From positions 31,434,001 to 31,498,000 of the forward strand of contig OZ296656.1 of assembly GCA_965655095.1 (NCBI GenBank): 64,000 nucleotides of DNA. Reading direction: 5' to 3'. How positions within the stretch are numbered: the first letter of the stretch is position 1; the number at the start of each line of letters is the position of its first letter. Below are positions 25,818 through 35,952 of this stretch, one piece after another. The notes beneath the pieces were generated by a model that did no database searches, was not told the origin of the DNA, and saw nothing but the letters and a program-made list of their open reading frames with translations. Source of the DNA: Haplodiscus bocki (taxonomy: Eukaryota). The position numbers and the translations under genes are program-made.

Positions 25818-28800
25818 TTATGTGATTATATACTTAGGGAGCATATGTCCGAGTTCATTTGGTTTTTCTCGTTTTAATTCATTTAGATTAGCTGAGAATT
25901 CTTTCTTTTGATTTACTAAGATATCGCAACTATCACATAAAATATCTTCTTTACAATCAGTACAATTTCTCATTTTATGCGGTATTATAACTCCTTGACT
26001 GAAACTTTTTTTCCAACTAAGAGGTATTTTTGCGATTAATTTATCACCATCAGCCATATTAAAATATTGTTTTCTGTCTAAATTATCACTAACATTTTTA
26101 AATCCTTTAAAAGTCTTCTTTTCCAATATAACACCATATTTATTTATAAATAAGCATTATTTTATTTTAGGTGCAAGAAACAATCCATAAAATATACCTG
26201 AGTCACCACCGTAATCATTTTTACCTTGTAGCAAATTTTTGCCAACTAATCCCGCTTTTTAAAATTTTTTCCAATGTTTTTTTTCAATATATAAACTATC
26301 AGTGTCTGTATAATAAACATCGTTTGTATAAAATCCATTGATAGCATGAACAAAATTATTCATGATTCTTTTACTGTTTGATAATACAAAAGCTCCTAGA
26401 TGAACAGGCATAGTATTAATTTTTTTAATTTCATCTTCCAATCCCTTGTCATCAATCATCTTAACGATATAATTAAAATTTGATATTTTCCAATAATCTT
26501 TAACTCGTTCATCATATTCTGTTTGCATCCACATTTCAGATTTACAAGCGAATTTTTCTTCAATATCTTTGCGTATGTTTTCTCCATATAATGAATTCAT
26601 TAATAATTTTACTAACAATTGCATAACATCATTATTTTCATCTCTGTATTTCTTTCGTAGTTTAAATAATATATCAATGACTCTTCTAAATGGACTTACT
26701 TTAAAATTTTTTCGATAAATAACACCTTCGTAAATTTCAATAAACTTTCCTCCGATTTTAACAATTTCTTGAATATCAACAGATGTTAGAGTATCTATAA
26801 TATATCCATTTCTCATACGATTAATTTCCATTTTATTAACTTTTTCTTTAATAGGGAGATGTTGAACGATTAAATCTTTCGGATTGTAATACTTTATTCT
26901 TAAAATAGCACTTCCTTGAATAAAACTACCATTATTGAATTTGTTTACGAGTTCATCGTTCATGTCTGTTGTAAAAGCATACCCAGTTTCAATCCTCGGA
27001 TAAATACTATTTTCATCCCACATAGCACTCGGATATAAACTAACAGCATCGAAATCCCATAACAAATGAATTAATTCTATTTGTTTTAATAATTTATGTA
27101 GTCTGAGATTACCTAATTTTTCATTGATATATTTTTCTTTATCTTCTTCGTTTTCAAGTCTATAATCATCAAATTGGTCTTCATATTCTTTTGTAAAAAT
27201 ATCATAATATTTCTTTTTATATCTCAAATATTCTTCAATAATATCATAAATGTTTCCTTTAACACCTAATTCTTTCGATAAAATTCTTTTGATATCACTA
27301 AAATGATCTGATTTATAATATTGACTAAAAGCACGTACTCGTCCTCCTTTTATCGATTGACGAACAAACCATCTCATGTATTTATCATTATAAGTGTATA
27401 TAGGCTCGTCTTCTTCTGTTCTTAACGAGTTAAAATATTTCCATCCTAAGCCAGGCAGCGATAGACAGTCTTTCATTGAAAATCCCGTTATTTCTTCCAT
27501 AGCTTTAATATATCTAGCATATGAGTAAGCAGTACATAGAACATCGTTTTTAACATAAGGTAACCAAATATATTTTTTATCTTTGTAATTATTACCATCA
27601 ATGTCATCATGATTATTTTCTGTTTTTAATAATTCTTTTGGTAATTTAAAAGTCTTTCCTAATTTTTTTAAAGAATAATTTAAATGAGTCATGCCACATC
27701 TAAATATTAAGTATTGAAGAATTTGTTTATTATTTTTATATATCAAACCATTAAACACTTTTAAAGAAATGATCCCTTTTCCGTTTTTAATAATATCAAC
27801 AATGTGTTTATCACAGCGCAGATTATTCAATAAAACCCATGTATCGAAACCACTACCATTATGAGCATGCATTTGAAGATCATATTCAATAAGTCGACCA
27901 TTCAATTTTTTTTCTTCTCCTTTTAATTTTAAACAGAAATCTAATGCTTTATCGATACAAATATCTCCAGCGAAAGCAATAGTGTCATCGATTGATTTTT
28001 GTAATTCTTCAGGTGTAGGGTCTCGACAATATCTGCCTGCTATTTTACTTAATCGATAAAAAGTCATATTATAGTGTTTTGCTCTATCAGTATTATATGT
28101 TTCAAGGTCATATACAATGAAATTAGTTAAATGAGATTGAATTTTCTTTGGTATTAATTCATATTTAAAATGCGAATTGACATTTTCTTCGGTTATATAA
28201 TTATCAATCATTTTAAAATTATCTTTTAATTCATCAATAGCTTCTTTAAAATTTTTTCTTTGAGATTTCCAAATTAAACATAAATGATTATTGTACAAAT
28301 ATAAAGCACTTTGTCTATTTCTGATAGTTCCAGGATATATTCTTTCTCCATTATAATAACCAAGATCATTACCTAATTTTTTGAGACAAGGTTGAATACG
28401 AGCCATAGTCATAATATTTGATCGTCTTTTTTCATTTTGGATAAAATCAAGATATTGTTTTTTGTAATCTTGACAAGTTAAAAAATTAATACATTTTATG
28501 AAACAATATCCTTTAGTTGGTATAAAGCAATTGTTTCCTCGATATTCAAGAATTATTTTATCAAAACTAGAGCCATTTCCATATTGAGATCGTTTTACTT
28601 TATTAAATATGGGAGTATCGATTTTGTAAATATAACCATTGAAAACACTATCATCGCTATCATAATCTTGATCAATAGAGTTAATATAAGCTTCGTAATC
28701 ATCCATATTTCTAAATCTGATATGAGTTTGTCTAATTTGCTCACCAACTTTTAAATTACCAATCATTTCAAATTCACCTTGATAATCTAATAAAATTTCT

Positions 28801-29072
28801 TGTTTAATTTCATGTAATTTTTTATCAATAACTTTAATTTTATTTAAATCTTTTAAAGCAGATTGTAATTTTTTAGGATTGTTAGCGTATTTAATTTCAA
28901 CTAAAAGTATTTCTAATTCTTTAATTCTATCTAAATTTTTATTTTTCTTTTTCTTTTCTGTTTTAATTTTATTTAATAATAATTTCATATCACTATTCAT
29001 ATTAAGTTTACGAGTAATTCTTCGTTTTCTATTTTTTGATAATTTTTTATTTTCGTTATTAATTATCACCAT
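25818..29072 (-). pseudogene. polB: Protein-primed family B DNA polymerase (~1084 aa) with two in-frame premature TAA stops
   Basis: ExoI YDLETY, ExoII HNGSGFD, ExoIII YVKNDV, motif A DAVSLYPSAM, motif B KLLMNSLYG, motif C YTDTDS. Track ORFs 26259-29072 and 25818-26126 share a frame; stops at 26259-26261 and 26157-26159 interrupt ...KKF*KAGLVG...LAPKIK*CLF...KKTFKG. Confidence 0.96.
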
Positions 29073-29105
29073 TTATATAGGATGATTTTATTGAAATGAT
29101 TTTAC

Positions 29106-29624
29106 CTAAATATGATTTTTTAAAAAAATACAAATGGAAGACATTAAATCATAATAATTTATATTTTCATAATATGATCGATCATAATAACAAATCCATT
29201 TCATTAACCGAATACTATAATGTCCTATTTTATAAATACCTTTTGCTGTTCTTGACCAATAATTTTGCTCAAAATTTGGATTTTTTAGCATATCTTTATA
29301 TATTTCAATTAAAGTTTTATTTATTTTTAATTTTTTATTTTTTAATGTTGATAAAACTTTATATATTTCATCATAATCATCACCTTCGTATATTTTATAT
29401 ACATCTGTACAAATACAAAATATTTTTTGTTCAGCATATTTTAATCTGTTTATAAAATTAATTTTTTTTCTTTGTATTTTTGAGAGTTCATGTTTATGTT
29501 TATTTATATTGAATCCGCATGAGATACAAGTCCATTCATATTCATAAGGTAGTATCATATTTCGATTACAATGCCCGCAATTTTTAGCATATTTTTGTAT
29601 AATTTCATCTTCAGACAAGTTCAT
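29106..29624 (-). CDS. Zn-ribbon protein (CxxC-x13-CxxC), possibly poxvirus late transcription factor VLTF-3 (A2)-like
   Basis: CGHCNRNMILPYEYEWTCISC followed by SKIQRKKINFINRL resembles the N-terminus of vaccinia A2 as I recall it. TAAATG start. Confidence 0.5.
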   Translation of the reverse strand: MNLSEDEIIQKYAKNCGHCNRNMILPYEYEWTCISCGFNINKHKHELSKIQRKKINFINRLKYAEQKIFCICTDVYKIYEGDDYDEIYKVLSTLKNKKLKINKTLIEIYKDMLKNPNFEQNYWSRTAKGIYKIGHYSIRLMKWICYYDRSYYENINYYDLMSSICIFLKNHI

Positions 29625-29640
29625 TTATTAAGTTTTATAA

Positions 29641-30498
29641 TTATTGAATTAAATTCGGTTCTTTCATAATTTTATTATTTTCATCAAGAGATAATTTTGA
29701 AGGTAATAATAGATTTTCATTATATCTTTCAGGTAAATAGTCAATTCTATAGCTGGGGATTGTATCATGAATGACTTCTGTTATTGTATATAATTTATAA
29801 CTCCAATTCGTTGAACCACCTTTTGAGAAAACTCTCTTAATATCAGCTGTTCTAAACAAATATCCTAGTTTGAATTTTGGTTTTCGAACTTCTCTATCAT
29901 CTTTGAGATTGTTATATACTAATTTTTGATTTGATTTGTTAGAAGCATCGATTGGTTTCATTTTAATACTATGATGGAATGTAATATTATATTGTTTGAT
30001 AACAGATGGTAATTCACTTACCCAATCAGCTTTTCCTTTTTCAAATACAGGTTTTTTCAATAAATTACGTACTGTTCTAATAACTCGTTCTGCTATTGAT
30101 GGTCCTTTATCAGTATATCTTGAATAGTGATGTATACTTTTAGATTTCAGAAAGTTTTGAAAAATACTATTATAAAATTCTGACCCTCGATCAGATTCTA
30201 ATTTAAGAGGCTTTCGTTTTGAATTTGTTATTATATTTGAAAATTCGTTTGTGATAGTTTGACTATATTTATTTTTAAGTGGTATTGCCGACAAATATTT
30301 TGAGAAGTTGTCAATCACTTTGAATATGTATCTATAACCTTTATTATTTGAAGTCTTATAATCTATCATGTCGGCTAAATCGATACTCCATATTTCATCT
30401 ACGTGGTTATATATTACTTTGTTAGTAGGATAATTTTTCTTTGGAGATTTTGAATATATTTCATCAACGAAAATCTTAGTCAAGTCCCTCTTGATCAT
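29641..30498 (-). CDS. int: Retroviral-type (RVE) DDE integrase of Polinton type
   Basis: WSIDLADM (D1), VIDNFSKY, LESDRGSEF (D2), IAERVIRT (E), FSKG..TNWS. No C-terminal chromodomain is visible. Confidence 0.96.
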   Translation of the reverse strand: MIKRDLTKIFVDEIYSKSPKKNYPTNKVIYNHVDEIWSIDLADMIDYKTSNNKGYRYIFKVIDNFSKYLSAIPLKNKYSQTITNEFSNIITNSKRKPLKLESDRGSEFYNSIFQNFLKSKSIHHYSRYTDKGPSIAERVIRTVRNLLKKPVFEKGKADWVSELPSVIKQYNITFHHSIKMKPIDASNKSNQKLVYNNLKDDREVRKPKFKLGYLFRTADIKRVFSKGGSTNWSYKLYTITEVIHDTIPSYRIDYLPERYNENLLLPSKLSLDENNKIMKEPNLIQ

Positions 30499-31072
30499 TA
30501 TTTATTTTCAAAAAATATTTGGCTTTTATCTGCTGGAGTAAATATAATCTATGATCAATTTTATCACGCTTAATAATATTATCTGTGATATACATAGGTC
30601 TAATATTAATCCAATTTGTGTATTTATTCAATTCATTTTCTTTAATTTTAGATAATGGATAACAGTGATCAAGACACCAAATTTTTCCATCATTTTCTAA
30701 TCTCATATCGCCATACAATTGATGAATAATTCATTTTCGGAAAAAATAATTTGAACATCCAATTAAATCATTTATTTTCTCAATAGTTTGAGATTTGAAA
30801 GCATATTTAGTCCTATGTCTTATATTACAATATAGATTAAAATTACAATCGTTTTTTCTCTTCTGTCTTTCATAAGCGTTTATTTTACTTCGATTGTTTT
30901 TACTATAAATTTTATGATAGTCAAGTATTCGATTTCTATTATCATAATAATACTGATTTGTGCAAATTTTGCAAGATGGCCTGTGACCATCATTTGTCGT
31001 TCTATCCTTATAAAAATTAGATTTTGAATATATCATATTGCATCTAGAACATTTCTTTAAATCTACATCCAT
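30476..31072 (-). pseudogene. HNH/endonuclease-VII-like nuclease with N-terminal Zn finger, one in-frame TGA
   Basis: KKCSRC...F.KD....DG....CKIC; LIGCS; MRLENDGKIWCLDHCYP...NIRPMYITDNIIK. Track ORFs 30731-31072 and 30476-30718 are in frame across TGA at 30731-30733 (probably TGG). Confidence 0.85.
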
Positions 31073-31107
31073 TTATTATAATCACTTTTATTTGAAATGA
31101 TTTTAGA

Positions 31108-31536
31108 TTACATCACTTTTAATCTCAATCCATTAACATGCATATCGGTTAGTGATAAAATTTTACCACCTGTTAAAGATTTTAAAATAGTTTTAGTTAC
31201 TTGAGCTGATTGAGGATTCTTTGTTTTTGCTGCTACTGCAGCTGATATTAATGGTGTTGCCATTTTAAAACCTGGTTTGATGAATTTATTCCACGCAGAT
31301 TGAGTAGCCTTGAAAATTTTTTGTAGTTTAGATTTAATCGATCCACCTTCGAGTTGAAATTGATTAGGAGTAAAAGTAATCATTTTCTGACATTTGCACT
31401 TAGGATTATGGCACATATCGTGTAATATGAGCACGGTACAATTTTTATTTAAATCACACCATGCTGAATTACTCATAGCTGATCTATGTCCGTGTGTACA
31501 TTTAGCGCTTTTAATAAAATCTTGTCCTCTTGTCAT
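31108..31536 (-). CDS. Virion precursor with Cys/His-rich N-terminus, adenain sites and an amphipathic helix (adenovirus pVI / adintovirus 'cupiennin'-like)
   Basis: LEGG|S is followed by SIKSKLQKIFKATQSAWNKFIKP (basic amphipathic). Second site LTGG|K. MHVNG near the C-terminus is probably a mutated MxGxG site. Confidence 0.65.
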   Translation of the reverse strand: MTRGQDFIKSAKCTHGHRSAMSNSAWCDLNKNCTVLILHDMCHNPKCKCQKMITFTPNQFQLEGGSIKSKLQKIFKATQSAWNKFIKPGFKMATPLISAAVAAKTKNPQSAQVTKTILKSLTGGKILSLTDMHVNGLRLKVM

Positions 31537-31561
31537 TTACCTAGAAGAAATTTGTGATTTA

Positions 31562-31678
31562 TTAAAAATCATACTCTGGAGGAGCACTGGGTTCGATATC
31601 AATATTTGTTTTCTTTTTAGGTTTAAAAAAGTTAAATTTAATATTTATATTTATATTTACATTATTTTTGCTAAAAAA
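31562..31678 (-). other. ATG-less open frame ending in PSAPPEYDF* (-1 frame relative to the 2-TM gene)
   Basis: Translates FFSKNNVNININIKFNFFKPKKKTNIDIEPSAPPEYDF*. The frame opens exactly at T-TTT-TTA (31678-31672). Confidence 0.5.
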
Positions 31679-32271
31679 TTATTAAGTTTAGTTATCTGTT
31701 CTTGACTAAAATTATCTTTACTTATAACATCACCAAAAACGTCTTCTACTTTAAAACTAGTATTTTCCATAATTTCTGATCTTTTGTCAATATAATGATT
31801 ATAAATCTTTTTTAATTCATCAGCTTCTTTTTCATCAATTTTTTTATCAACCATTGATTTTCTCAAAGTCTTTTCATAAAGCAGTGTTATAACATTAATC
31901 CAATCTCGTAGCTTTGTATAACGTATTTTTAATTTGCTAATATATTCATTTGTGATTAAGATAGCGATACTCGTAAGCAGAGCTGTGCTTGATGAAATAA
32001 TAATGCCCGCACCTGGATTAATCAAACCCATAGTTGATGAGCCGACAGCAGAACTAGCTCCGACCAGTATTTCAGTGATAATTAATAATACTTTCTTTTT
32101 ATTTAAACTTTTATATTTCTTTTTATAATAATCATTATCAACTTTGAGACTTTTTAGTATATTTTCGTGATCGTGTTTTTCAGTTTGATATTTTAGATTT
32201 CTAATTTCATCATCTCGTGTTTTAATTTTTAATAATTCAACATCGTTTTTTAAATCAGGATAGCTTGTCAT
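31657..32271 (-). CDS. Two-transmembrane coiled-coil protein (204 aa), N-terminal YPDL
   Basis: Hydrophobic hairpin VLLIITEILVGASSAVGSSTMGLI / GAGIIISSSTALLTSIAILI flanked by basic helices. TAAATG start. Confidence 0.85.
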   Translation of the reverse strand: MTSYPDLKNDVELLKIKTRDDEIRNLKYQTEKHDHENILKSLKVDNDYYKKKYKSLNKKKVLLIITEILVGASSAVGSSTMGLINPGAGIIISSSTALLTSIAILITNEYISKLKIRYTKLRDWINVITLLYEKTLRKSMVDKKIDEKEADELKKIYNHYIDKRSEIMENTSFKVEDVFGDVISKDNFSQEQITKLNNFLAKIM

Positions 32272-32274
32272 TTA

Positions 32275-32505
32275 TTAATTAGAAAAATTATCATCTATCT
32301 GTTTTTCTAATAATGACATGGCATGATACTCTTTCAAAATCCTTTGTCTATGTAATTTTTCGAGAACAATATTTTTAATAAATTCTATTTCATGATCTAG
32401 AAATTTACTTTGTTTTAATATACTAGGTTCGATTAGACTTAATATTAATACAAGGCTTCTTTCATGTCTAATATCATCAAATATAGTATTAAAATAAGCT
32501 TCCAT
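32275..32505 (-). CDS. Small hypothetical protein (76 aa), paralog of the adjacent ORF
   Basis: Shares YF..IF..I...R..VL...LI...IEF.KNI..E with 32506-32748. TAA-ATG junction. Confidence 0.7.
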   Translation of the reverse strand: MEAYFNTIFDDIRHERSLVLILSLIEPSILKQSKFLDHEIEFIKNIVLEKLHRQRILKEYHAMSLLEKQIDDNFSN

Positions 32506-32748
32506 TTATTTATCTAAAATCATCTCGATAACGGCTTCTTCTTCGTTTTTTATATATTCTAGATAATCTTCAAAATCTTCTATTGATATATTTTTAAACT
32601 CTATAGATAATCGATTAATATCACGTTGACTAAAACCAATTTCGTTTAATAAATTTTTATCATTTTGAATTAGAAATATTAATAATACTACTTTTCTATA
32701 ATCATTAATAGATTTAAAAATATCAGTAAAATAATTTTGATTATTCAT
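32506..32748 (-). CDS. Small acidic hypothetical protein (80 aa)
   Basis: Abuts both neighbours through TAA-ATG junctions. Paralog of 32275-32505. Confidence 0.75.
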   Translation of the reverse strand: MNNQNYFTDIFKSINDYRKVVLLIFLIQNDKNLLNEIGFSQRDINRLSIEFKNISIEDFEDYLEYIKNEEEAVIEMILDK

Positions 32749-33942
32749 TTAATATACAGAATGAGTTATTGTTATATCGCTAAAACACATATCAGCATGG
32801 GCAGTAAAAATGCGATCATATACTAGCTTGATACCAAAATTTTTGACTGTAAAATCTAGATTTAATAAACTCCAGTCTGTTGAATTTTGATGTAAGTCAG
32901 TGTCTCTTTCTATAGTATACAGCGTTGTCCCATTACTATCATCTAACAATAGCTGGATGCGTAATCTTCCCATGTTCTTTTTAGTTTCATCGGTCATATA
33001 ACTATGTCTATTGTAATAAAATGTTATATTTGATATTTGAATTATATCAGTTCGTTCGATAGAAACGAAGCATTTATTATCACCATGGTTATGTGTATGG
33101 ACTTCAAAAAACATAAAAGCGGATCCTATTGGGGGTAGGCTAGTAGCTCCGCTATAGCCAGTTGGTGAATTGGTTTTTGTGCTTTTAACGAAATCAGAAA
33201 CTCTTGAATTGCCAAATTTATTATTACATCTGATTCTCCATTTTTGTAATAGATCGGAACCTGTATTCAGATAACGTATATGTGTTTCGTCCACTAATAT
33301 CGTTTTATTATATTTAGCAAGATTATATGTATCATTACCGACAGATACTTTTAGATAATTTTGAAGTGTTTGATTAAACCTAACTACAGTATTTTTATCT
33401 AATTGATCATCGACGTATTTTTCATTACTAACCTGACTGTCTACTGATGGAGAATTATTAATTTCAATTGAATTTATATTTGTTAATTTATTATCGTTGA
33501 AATCATTATCTTGGTTGTTTTTAACTAAATCGATTGATTCGTTATAAAAATCTATTCTTAAATCACGTCTTGATCGTTTATTTTCTTCGTGTAAGCTATC
33601 AATATAAGCTTTAGTTGGTAACTCAATAATTGTCTTTGATGATGTTAGAGAAGAATTTAAAATTATAGAATCTTGATTTTCTAAATCTAGTGTTTCATTA
33701 GGATCTAATCGTAACAATGACGATTCATCTACCATATTATCAACGTAATTTTTTGAAGCTGCTTCTTGTATTGATATAGGATCGGGTAAATTTTTAATTC
33801 TAGATTGATTTTTTAAGTTAATGTCTTCTTCTATATTAGCTTCTATATAATTTGTTCTCAAATATGGCTTTTGTACAAACAGACTTGTATCAATTTTATT
33901 ATCAGAATTATTTGAAGAGTTTCCAAATACGTTAATAGGCAT
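32749..33942 (-). CDS. Putative fibre / receptor-binding protein (397 aa) with a C-terminal MAM-like beta-sandwich
   Basis: Fibre/stalk motifs IKNLPDP....EAASKNYVD, TKAYID, SNEKYVD. C-terminal GSAFMFFE...ITFYY...MGRLRI...DW..L.L...DMCFSDITI follows the MAM-domain pattern. Confidence 0.7.
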   Translation of the reverse strand: MPINVFGNSSNNSDNKIDTSLFVQKPYLRTNYIEANIEEDINLKNQSRIKNLPDPISIQEAASKNYVDNMVDESSLLRLDPNETLDLENQDSIILNSSLTSSKTIIELPTKAYIDSLHEENKRSRRDLRIDFYNESIDLVKNNQDNDFNDNKLTNINSIEINNSPSVDSQVSNEKYVDDQLDKNTVVRFNQTLQNYLKVSVGNDTYNLAKYNKTILVDETHIRYLNTGSDLLQKWRIRCNNKFGNSRVSDFVKSTKTNSPTGYSGATSLPPIGSAFMFFEVHTHNHGDNKCFVSIERTDIIQISNITFYYNRHSYMTDETKKNMGRLRIQLLLDDSNGTTLYTIERDTDLHQNSTDWSLLNLDFTVKNFGIKLVYDRIFTAHADMCFSDITITHSVY

Positions 33943-33973
33943 TATTTAAAATCGTTAAAATATATAATTGTAA

Positions 33974-34372
33974 TTATTCAAATACGAGTTTCAAGATAGT
34001 ATCATAATAATTCATTCTTTCAATTAGATAGAAAAAATACAAACAATATGAACCACACAATTTAGAATTTATATCTTGTATTTTATAATTATGATAGATT
34101 ATTGGTTTAGGTAATTGTTTAAGTAGAAATTTATCTGGCTGACCTCCAAATGAGTCAAAGTAGAATGATTTGTTATCTTTTACTAAAAAACAAGTCCAGT
34201 GAGTACCCCCTTGAGATCCATTGTCTATATTAATAAATCCTCTATCAGAATATATTTTACTATCTCGGGGATATATAGGATAGTTATACACTTTCTGTAA
34301 TTCAGATTCGTTCATAGCATCATTTTTTAAATTATATTTTTTCATGAAATCTTTAAAAGTTAATATTTTCAT
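33974..34372 (-). CDS. Adenain-like (clan CE) virion maturation cysteine protease
   Basis: GTHW (His), YFDSFG (Asp), IQ...LCGSYC (oxyanion Gln and Cys). The likely start is the ATG at 34372 (MKILTF). Confidence 0.95.
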   Translation of the reverse strand: MKILTFKDFMKKYNLKNDAMNESELQKVYNYPIYPRDSKIYSDRGFINIDNGSQGGTHWTCFLVKDNKSFYFDSFGGQPDKFLLKQLPKPIIYHNYKIQDINSKLCGSYCLYFFYLIERMNYYDTILKLVFE

Positions 34373-34522
34373 TTTTATAAGACATGGATACATACAATTA
34401 TATTTATCCTTATACTTGAGATATACTTACAATAATATGAGTAGTTATACAATAACAGAGATTTCATGATACGTATAATTATATGAGTTTGTATGCTAAA
34501 GTATATTTACAATTATATGAGT

Positions 34523-35780
34523 TTATATTACTTTAACTTCAATAATTTTATTTCCGTCCGATATCATCTCAACTTGTCTATTTCTAACTAATATAATAAA
34601 CAATCTTTCCTTAGCAGGATCTTCTGAAAATTCTTCCAATAGTTGTATTCTCTTTGGTGTAATATGGTCAACTTGATATCTGAGATCAGTAATTTGAATA
34701 GGGTAGAGATATTTCTTATCCGGGTATGATATATATGGCTGTAATAAATCTTCACCAACATATTCTTTATAGAATAATTTTAGATCTCTATATTGATCTA
34801 GATATGAATTTTCTTCAAAATTTATTAATACTCCATCTTTTGGATATCTGACCACATCAATTTCGACAAAATATTTTGTGACGTGATTATCATCAAATAT
34901 TGCTGGGTTACTGGCTTTGTTAGGAGTTGTTCTTGCATTTGTCTGAAAAGCTGATATCAGATATTTAGGACTATTAATATGTTGAGCACTACCGATATCG
35001 ACTTGAAGTTCTCGACCATCATTTGAAATTTTACGTTCTGTATACCAAGAATCAAAAGTGATAGTGTAATTATTCATAATAGCTTCATTAAACATAACTT
35101 GAGTTTGGGTATTAGGTATTAATTGAGGAACATATAAATATAAGCTATTGATAGTCACATTAATGTCATCTGCTATTGTGGTGAATAATATATCCTGAAG
35201 ATCATTCATTTTAAATATTAGATGAAATCCAAGATTTTTTGTTATTTTTTTGAATGTTTTACAAAATCCGAATATATGTTCTAAGGCTAATTGTCCTTTG
35301 ATTTTACCTTTGTTAACTTCTTGAGGATGGTTGTTAATTAATATTTGCTTAAGAGGGTTGTCATTATCAAGTACTGATTCACCATTTTTTATCAAAATAC
35401 GAAGATAAATCACCATCTTTAGATGTTAACATTCGCATAATAGTACTAACTGGGCCTACATATTTATTGACTTCTATATCCATTCCTCCTGTGGTGGTAA
35501 GGCTAGCTTCCTTGAAACAATAAGCAAAAGCATTATTAACCAACCTTATAACAGATGCATTAGTAAAATTACCAGCAGCGTTTCACACTTTCACATCAAA
35601 TTCGAGATAGGCATTTCCAATCTGATGATAATTATTATTTTCGCCAAATATAAACTCTATGTTTTGATTGACATCATTTAAATTTGCTCCAGATTGATGG
35701 TATACTTTAGTAAAATCTCTTTTAACGATTGAATTATCAATTGGTTCGTTATCTATTAATTGAAAATCTTCTAAGCTCAT
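34523..35780 (-). pseudogene. Double-jelly-roll major capsid protein (~418 aa), disrupted by a TGA and a +1 frameshift
   Basis: DNSI...LN...IEF...YLEFDV, RLVNNAFAYCF...IE...G..STI, SLYLYVP, RYP. TGA at 35583-35585 (likely CGA) and an extra base in the A6 run at ~35385-35390 join track ORFs 35583-35780 and 34523-35416. Confidence 0.9.
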
Positions 35781-35932
35781 TTATAATATATAAAACCATT
35801 TCCTGATAATAATTTTCGTTTAAATGATAGTAGATTTGGAGGTAAATTTAATTTAGTACTATTCATTTCTTGTTTAATTTTTGGTTTTTGTTCATTAGAA
35901 TGTAATCTTGATTTTATTAGTGTCTTCGGCAT
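35777..35932 (-). CDS. Small basic protein (51 aa) with a C-terminal adenain site; candidate core protein; not in the ORF track
   Basis: MPKTLIKSRLHSNEQKPKIKQ...KRKLLSGNGFIYYK*. TAAATG start; TGA overlaps the MCP ATG. LSGN|G fits (M/L/I)xGx|G. Confidence 0.6.
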   Translation of the reverse strand: MPKTLIKSRLHSNEQKPKIKQEMNSTKLNLPPNLLSFKRKLLSGNGFIYYK

Positions 35933-35952
35933 TTATTAAGTATTAAAAATAT

